Below, one piece after another: positions 59,084-64,000 of a stretch of 64,000 nt of DNA. Position 1 is the first letter of the stretch. Every line of letters starts with the position of its first letter. Source of the stretch: Bacillota bacterium. Its GTDB lineage: Bacteria; Bacillota; UBA994. Position numbers and translations under genes: made by a program. The DNA lies in the NCBI GenBank assembly GCA_009773495.1, contig WSXW01000008.1, forward strand, positions 64,050-128,049. Direction: 5' to 3'. The notes under the pieces were generated by a model. It had not been told where the DNA came from. It searched no databases and saw only the letters and a program-made list of their open reading frames with translations.

Positions 59084-60148
59084 ATGCTTGAAAAATTAAG
59101 ATTAATTAAAAACCGTTACGAGCTGCTTACAGATCTCGTCAGTGACCCTAACGTAATTGCCAGACAAAACGAATGGCGTGCTTACATTAAAGAGCAGGCC
59201 AGCTTAACTACCCTTGTTAATGCTTTTAACAGGTACGAGAAGACTCTGCAGGAGCATGAACAGTCTAAGCAGGCCCTATCGGGGCAGAATGACCCCGATT
59301 ATAGGGAGATGCTAGAGCTTGAGGTAGATGAACTGGAAGAACAAATCGAGAAGATAGAAGAAGAGATAAAGGTTCTGCTGCTCCCCAAAGATCCTAAAGA
59401 CGACAAGAACGTGATCTTAGAAGTGCGTGCCGGCACAGGCGGCAACGAAGCCGCTTTGTTTGCTGCGGATTTATTCCGCATGTACACCCGTTACGCGGAG
59501 CGCCAAGGTTGGAAGACCGAGGTTATGTCCGCATCACCTAGCGACTTGGGTGGCTATAGAGAAGTAATCTTTATGGTTGAGGGCAAGGGCGCCTATAGCA
59601 AGCTAAAGTTTGAGAGTGGCGCTCACCGCGTGCAACGCGTTCCGCTGACTGAAGCTAGCGGGCGTATTCATACTTCTACCGCCACTGTGGCGGTTCTGCC
59701 CGAAGCCGAAGAGGTAGACATCGAGATCGATCAAAATGACCTCCGTATCGATACTTTCTGCTCCAGTGGCCCAGGTGGGCAGTCTGTAAATACAACTTAC
59801 TCCGCTGTACGTCTGACACACATACCCTCGGGTGTAGTGGTGAATATGCAGGATGAAAAGTCGCAGATAAAGAATCGTGAGAAGGCCATGCGCGTACTCC
59901 GTGCTAGGCTGTTCGACTTGGAGCAAGCCAAGCGCGATGCCGAGATGTCCGAAAACCGCCGCGGACAAGTGGGTACTGGTGATCGCAGTGAGCGTATTCG
60001 TACTTTTAATTTTTCGCAGAGTCGTGTATCGGATCATCGCATTAGCTTTACTACTCACCGATTAGAGGCGATTCTTGACGGTGACCTCAACGAACTTATT
60101 GATGCTCTGACGACTGCTGACCAGATGGATAAACTGCAACGGGCGTGA
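59084..60148 (+). CDS. prfA: Peptide chain release factor 1
   Basis: GGQ motif; PxT (PLT) specificity motif; EVRAGTGG. Confidence 0.96.
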   Translation: MLEKLRLIKNRYELLTDLVSDPNVIARQNEWRAYIKEQASLTTLVNAFNRYEKTLQEHEQSKQALSGQNDPDYREMLELEVDELEEQIEKIEEEIKVLLLPKDPKDDKNVILEVRAGTGGNEAALFAADLFRMYTRYAERQGWKTEVMSASPSDLGGYREVIFMVEGKGAYSKLKFESGAHRVQRVPLTEASGRIHTSTATVAVLPEAEEVDIEIDQNDLRIDTFCSSGPGGQSVNTTYSAVRLTHIPSGVVVNMQDEKSQIKNREKAMRVLRARLFDLEQAKRDAEMSENRRGQVGTGDRSERIRTFNFSQSRVSDHRISFTTHRLEAILDGDLNELIDALTTADQMDKLQRA

Positions 60149-60169
60149 TATGCATTATTTGGGGAGATA

Positions 60170-60221
60170 CGTTCCTTGTTCCTCGTAACGAAGAGCTAGG
60201 AACGAGGAGCTAGGAACGAGG
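60170..60221. repeat. Opposed heptamer arrays with no enclosed gene
   Basis: GTTCCTT-GTTCCTC facing AACGAAG-AGCTAGG-AACGAGG-AGCTAGG-AACGAGG. Confidence 0.65.
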
Positions 60222-60227
60222 TTTACC

Positions 60228-61163
60228 ATGTCCCTTCATTCTTTATGGCAGTGGGGTACTGCGGAGCTTGCAGCTGCGGGCCTTGAGGACTCCCGGTGGC
60301 AAGCAGAGCTACTCCTGCGGGGTATTGTCGAGGTGACTCGGGCTAAGTTTATGACCTACCCGGAGTTACAAGTAACGCATCTCGACACTGAGCGCTTTCG
60401 GGACGCAATCCGTAGGCGCTCTTTAGGTATGCCCGTGCAGTATATCCTTGGCAAGCAGGAGTTTTATGGGCGGGAGTTTATAGTGACCCCCGATGTATTA
60501 ATCCCCAGACCTGAGACGGAGGTGCTGGTGGAGGAAGTGTTGAGTAAGATGTTGCCTTTGTGTAGGGGCACGACACTGTCGTGCCCCTACACAAAGGCAA
60601 GCGGTTCTCAGTTTCCAGATCGCTTACGCCTCCTCGACCTGTGCACAGGTTCTGGTTGCATCGGTCTAACCCTGGCTGCAGAACTACCGCAGGCTAGGGT
60701 GGTGGCGACGGATATTTCGCTGCAGGCGTTAGGGGTAGCTAAACAGAATGCACATAAAGTAGGTGTGGCCAACCGGGTGGAGTTTAAGCAAGGGGACTTG
60801 TGCTCTGCTCTACAAGGTGACATTTTTGATGTTATAGTCTCTAATCCGCCGTATATCGAAACGGCTGCTATACCTACACTAAGTAGGGATGTCCAGAATG
60901 AACCTATTGGAGCCTTAGACGGCGGGGCAGATGGGTTAGAGTTTTATAGGCGTATTGCAGATGGGCTCGGGCAACACCTGGCCCCTGGGGGTCTCGTGGC
61001 GGTAGAAATCGGCCACGGACAGGGCCAAGATGTAATGCAGTTATTCGCCCAGGCTGGGCTTATCGACATAACCCTAATCCTCGACCTAGCAGGCAAAGAA
61101 CGCGTCGTGATGGGGAAAATGCCGAAGGCAGAAGGAGCTTGTACTTTCCCCGTATCAGTGTAA
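60228..61163 (+). CDS. prmC: Release factor glutamine methyltransferase (HemK)
   Basis: VLIPRPETE, DLCTGSG, SNPPYI, ALDGGADGL. Confidence 0.95.
   Translation: MSLHSLWQWGTAELAAAGLEDSRWQAELLLRGIVEVTRAKFMTYPELQVTHLDTERFRDAIRRRSLGMPVQYILGKQEFYGREFIVTPDVLIPRPETEVLVEEVLSKMLPLCRGTTLSCPYTKASGSQFPDRLRLLDLCTGSGCIGLTLAAELPQARVVATDISLQALGVAKQNAHKVGVANRVEFKQGDLCSALQGDIFDVIVSNPPYIETAAIPTLSRDVQNEPIGALDGGADGLEFYRRIADGLGQHLAPGGLVAVEIGHGQGQDVMQLFAQAGLIDITLILDLAGKERVVMGKMPKAEGACTFPVSV
60552..60600. repeat. Perfect 49-nt REP-like palindrome inside prmC
   Basis: TTGCCTTTGTGTAGGGGCACGACA-C-TGTCGTGCCCCTACACAAAGGCAA. Confidence 0.9.
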
Positions 61164-61210
61164 ATCAGCTTTAAATCAGGTCTCGTTCAGTGGTACCGTT
61201 TCCCTCCCTC
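61153..61210. repeat. Right arm of the CACTGA/TCAGTG family
   Basis: 61174-61194 is identical to 1053-1073. Confidence 0.75.
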
Positions 61211-61261
61211 GTCCTCCCGGATGCCCGCTAATTTTCCCCTACATTTTCCCCCCAATATACG

Positions 61262-61290
61262 TTGACATATTAGACCGGTGGGCGTACAAT
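61262..61290 (+). promoter_or_regulatory. SigA-type promoter of the isc operon
   Basis: TTGACA-N17-TACAAT. Confidence 0.8.
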
Positions 61291-61291
61291 T

Positions 61292-61350
61292 AACCCGAGG
61301 AAAATACTCGGCTTTTTTATAATCTTAATACTGAGTAATTTAGTCGGATA
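61292..61350. promoter_or_regulatory. Two candidate Rrf2 (IscR-type) operator sites
   Basis: AACCCGAGGAAAATACTCGGCTT and ATACTGAGTAATTTAGTCGGATA; imperfect palindromes resembling the type-1 IscR site. Confidence 0.55.
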
Positions 61351-61364
61351 TAAGGGGGTATTTT

Positions 61365-61781
61365 ATGAGACTTTCAACAAAAGGCCAATACGCGGTCCGA
61401 GCTATGGTTGTGGTAGCATTACACGACAGCACGGGTCCGGTGCCGTTACGCTATATAGCTGAGATCGAGGACATCTCAGAACAGTACTTAGAACAGATTT
61501 TTATGGATTTGCGCAAAGATGATTTGGTTACCGGTCTGAGAGGTGCGCGGGGGGGCTACGTTCTGAATAGGCCTGCTGAGGAGATCACTTCTGGTGACAT
61601 TGTCCGTGCTGTAGAGGGTCCGATTGTACTAGTCGATTGCGACCATGATGGCGCCTGTCAAAGGGCCCATGTGTGCGCTACTAGGGCGCTGTGGGCGAGG
61701 GTATCCGAGAGTATGAGTCAAGTGTTAGATGGAACTACCTTGGCTGATTTAGCTAATTGGGCTCGAGAGAAGAGCCGCTAA
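61365..61781 (+). CDS. iscR: Rrf2-family regulator (IscR/CymR-like; three Cys retained)
   Basis: LSTKGQYA, YLEQIF, RGARGGY, VEGP; three C-terminal Cys; upstream of iscS. Confidence 0.85.
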   Translation: MRLSTKGQYAVRAMVVVALHDSTGPVPLRYIAEIEDISEQYLEQIFMDLRKDDLVTGLRGARGGYVLNRPAEEITSGDIVRAVEGPIVLVDCDHDGACQRAHVCATRALWARVSESMSQVLDGTTLADLANWAREKSR

Positions 61782-61796
61782 AGGAGGTTGATTTTA

Positions 61797-62978
61797 ATGC
61801 GTAGGATTTATTTAGATCACGCAGCTACTACCCCGGTTAACCCCGAAGTAATTGCTGCCATGCTGCCATACTTTCATAATAACTTTGGCAACCCCTCTAG
61901 TGTTCATGGTTTTGGTCGCGAAGCCCGCAAGGCTGTAGATGAGGCCCGCGAAAAAGTAGCCAAGGCCATAGGGGCTGACGTGCGGGAGATAGTGTTTACC
62001 TCTGGGGGTACAGAAGCTGATAATCTTGCTATTCAAGGAATAGTGCTGGCTAAGCAAGACAAAGGTAAGCACATCGTTACCAGTGCCATTGAGCATCATG
62101 CTGTCATTGATACCTGTGGGTTTTTAGGGACCCAGGGGTTTGAAGTTACTTATCTACCGGTGGATGAGTACGGCCTAGTTACACCAGCGGACGTTCTAGC
62201 TGCCATCCGTCCGGACACCATTCTTATAACTATAATGCATGCGAACAACGAGATGGGCACGGTTCAGCCTATTGCGGAGATTGGTAAGATCGCTAGAGCC
62301 CATGGTATTACTTTTCATACCGATGCAGTACAGTCCATCGGGAGTATCCCAGTTGATGTCAATGAGCTTAACGTCGATTTGCTATCACTCTCGGCTCATA
62401 AATTTTATGGTCCTAAGGGTATCGGCGTCCTGTATATACGCAAGGGCACTAAAATTAAACCCGTAACTCACGGGGGCGGCCAGGAGAGAAAGTATAGGCC
62501 GGGTACCGAAAACCATGCTAGCATCGTCGGTCTGGGTAAGGCCATTGAGCTAGCCACGACCAACTTGGTAGAGAAGCAAAGCAAAATCCGGATGCTGCGC
62601 CATAGACTGATAGCCGGACTGCTTGCTATACCTGAGGTTAAGCTAAACGGGCATCCGGAGCAGCGCTTGTCCGGCAATGTTAACGTCAGCATTCGCTATG
62701 TAGAAGGGGAGTCTCTGATTCTTAGCCTGGACATGAAGGGTGTAGCCGTCTCTAGCGGATCGGCCTGCACATCGGGATCGCTCGATCCCTCTCATGTACT
62801 GTTAGCAATGGGGCTCAGTCATGAGGAAGCCCATGGCAGCCTGAGGTTAACTCTAGGACATGACAATACAGAAGAAGAAGTTGATTACGTGTTGAGCGTA
62901 TTGCCGGAGATAATAGAGCGGCTGAGAAAAATGTCACCGCTGTACAGCCAGAGGTACAGTATCCCCGTCAGGACATAA
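61797..62978 (+). CDS. iscS: Cysteine desulfurase
   Basis: YLDHAATT, GNPSS, SAHKFYGPKG, SSGSACTS. Confidence 0.94.
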   Translation: MRRIYLDHAATTPVNPEVIAAMLPYFHNNFGNPSSVHGFGREARKAVDEAREKVAKAIGADVREIVFTSGGTEADNLAIQGIVLAKQDKGKHIVTSAIEHHAVIDTCGFLGTQGFEVTYLPVDEYGLVTPADVLAAIRPDTILITIMHANNEMGTVQPIAEIGKIARAHGITFHTDAVQSIGSIPVDVNELNVDLLSLSAHKFYGPKGIGVLYIRKGTKIKPVTHGGGQERKYRPGTENHASIVGLGKAIELATTNLVEKQSKIRMLRHRLIAGLLAIPEVKLNGHPEQRLSGNVNVSIRYVEGESLILSLDMKGVAVSSGSACTSGSLDPSHVLLAMGLSHEEAHGSLRLTLGHDNTEEEVDYVLSVLPEIIERLRKMSPLYSQRYSIPVRT

Positions 62979-63016
62979 CAGCGGAGAGCGGAAAGTGCTA
63001 AAAGGAGGACTTAATA

Positions 63017-63406
63017 ATGAGTGTATATAACGAGAAGGTTTTGGAGCATTTTCAGAACCCCCGCAACGTAGGCACGATGGAAAATGCCGACGGGGTGGGC
63101 GAAGTAGGTAACATTAACTGCGGTGATATTATGCGCATCTATATTAAGGTAGATGGTGACGAGCGCATTACGGATATTAAGTTCCAGACCTTTGGGTGTG
63201 GAGCGGCAGTCGCTACTAGTAGCATGGTTACGGAGTTAGCCATAGGTAAGACGGTTGATGAGGCTTTAATCATGAACAACAAAGATGTAGCTGAGTCCTT
63301 GGGTGGGCTTCCGCCTATCAAAATGCACTGTAGCAACTTAGCTGCAGATGCTCTCCACGCTGCAGTAAAGAATTATCGGGAGAAAAGGGCATTACATCAA
63401 CGGTAG
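63017..63406 (+). CDS. iscU: Fe-S cluster scaffold IscU/NifU
   Basis: HFQNPRNVG, CGD, FGCG, LPPIKMHCS. Confidence 0.93.
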   Translation: MSVYNEKVLEHFQNPRNVGTMENADGVGEVGNINCGDIMRIYIKVDGDERITDIKFQTFGCGAAVATSSMVTELAIGKTVDEALIMNNKDVAESLGGLPPIKMHCSNLAADALHAAVKNYREKRALHQR

Positions 63407-64000
63407 TACACTAGCTTCCCTAATGTTCTTCAATCCTAACAACTGCATGGTAAGCCTCTCGGCGCCGATGGCGAAACCGCCATGTGGTGGCATGCCGTAT
63501 CTAAACACCTGTAGGTAGAATTCATATTTCTCTGGGGTCAGGCCTCGCTCGCGCATACTATCGAGCAACAAATTTAGCTGGTGCTGTCTGAGCCCGCCTG
63601 TGGTAATCTCTTGGCCCCGGAATATTAGGTCAAATGACTCCGTTAGGCCTGCGTTTTTAACCCCAGGCAAGGCATAAAAGGGGCGAATATGCCGGGGGTA
63701 GCTATGCAAGAAGGCCGCCGGCACGCCATGCTCCCGCTCTGCCCACTGACAGATAAGCCGCTCTCCCTCAGGGTCGATGTTGCCGTCCTCGCTGACTTTA
63801 CCATGCTCCCTATGTATTATTCCTAGGGCTTCACCTAGGGGGAGACGCGGAATTGTAGGTAGCTCTGGCGCTATTGTTATTGTACTAAAGCGCTCATGGA
63901 GATCTTGGAGAAGTGAACGCAGAAAGCTTTCTTCTAGGTCCATGAGGACGTTAACATCCTCTACAAAGCCCATTTCGATGTCTAGGCTAATAAATTCGTT
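63392..64000 (-). CDS. aspS: Aspartyl-tRNA synthetase, non-discriminating/archaeal type (5' partial)
   Basis: Frame is open from 64000: NEFISLDIEMGF, RPFY, SFDLIFRGQEITTGG, GMPPHGGFAIGAERL. Confidence 0.85.
   Translation of the reverse strand, partial: NEFISLDIEMGFVEDVNVLMDLEESFLRSLLQDLHERFSTITIAPELPTIPRLPLGEALGIIHREHGKVSEDGNIDPEGERLICQWAEREHGVPAAFLHSYPRHIRPFYALPGVKNAGLTESFDLIFRGQEITTGGLRQHQLNLLLDSMRERGLTPEKYEFYLQVFRYGMPPHGGFAIGAERLTMQLLGLKNIREASVLPLM

Overview
Chromosomal window from an anaerobic Bacillota (Firmicutes)-type bacterium; the taxonomy is inferred from gene content, synteny and SigA/SigH-like promoters. In order: (1) end of a sugar ABC transporter operon followed by a scar of gene remnants; (2) a complete folate/pABA operon folE-folP-folB-folK-pabA-pabB-pabC on the minus strand; (3) a mosaic surface-glycan locus of about 26 kb (Wzz, priming transferase, CDP-3,6-dideoxyhexose genes rfbF/G/H plus epimerase and reductase, an internally deleted IS1595-family element, GT2/GT4/Wzy/gmd/manC, decayed toxin-antitoxin genes, cupin-type PGI, CapD/PglF, O-antigen-ligase-like protein) that ends at a 1275-aa S-layer-like gene with a strong codon bias; (4) lysine-fermentation genes kal, kce and atoDA, split by an S8 protease gene; (5) the conserved fsa-glpX...rpmE-prfA-prmC region, iscR-iscS-iscU and the 3' part of a non-discriminating-type aspS. 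The most unusual signal is a set of small intergenic elements. Two decayed four-helix-bundle genes are each enclosed by their own inverted arms built from 7-nt units, and similar heptamer arrays occur without a gene. A CACTGA/TCAGTG MITE-like family has arms that bracket prfA-prmC. GTAG-type REP palindromes are also present, one of them a perfect 49-nt palindrome in frame inside prmC. No rRNA, tRNA, CRISPR array or reverse transcriptase was seen. Product calls come from recognising motifs by eye, not from database searches.
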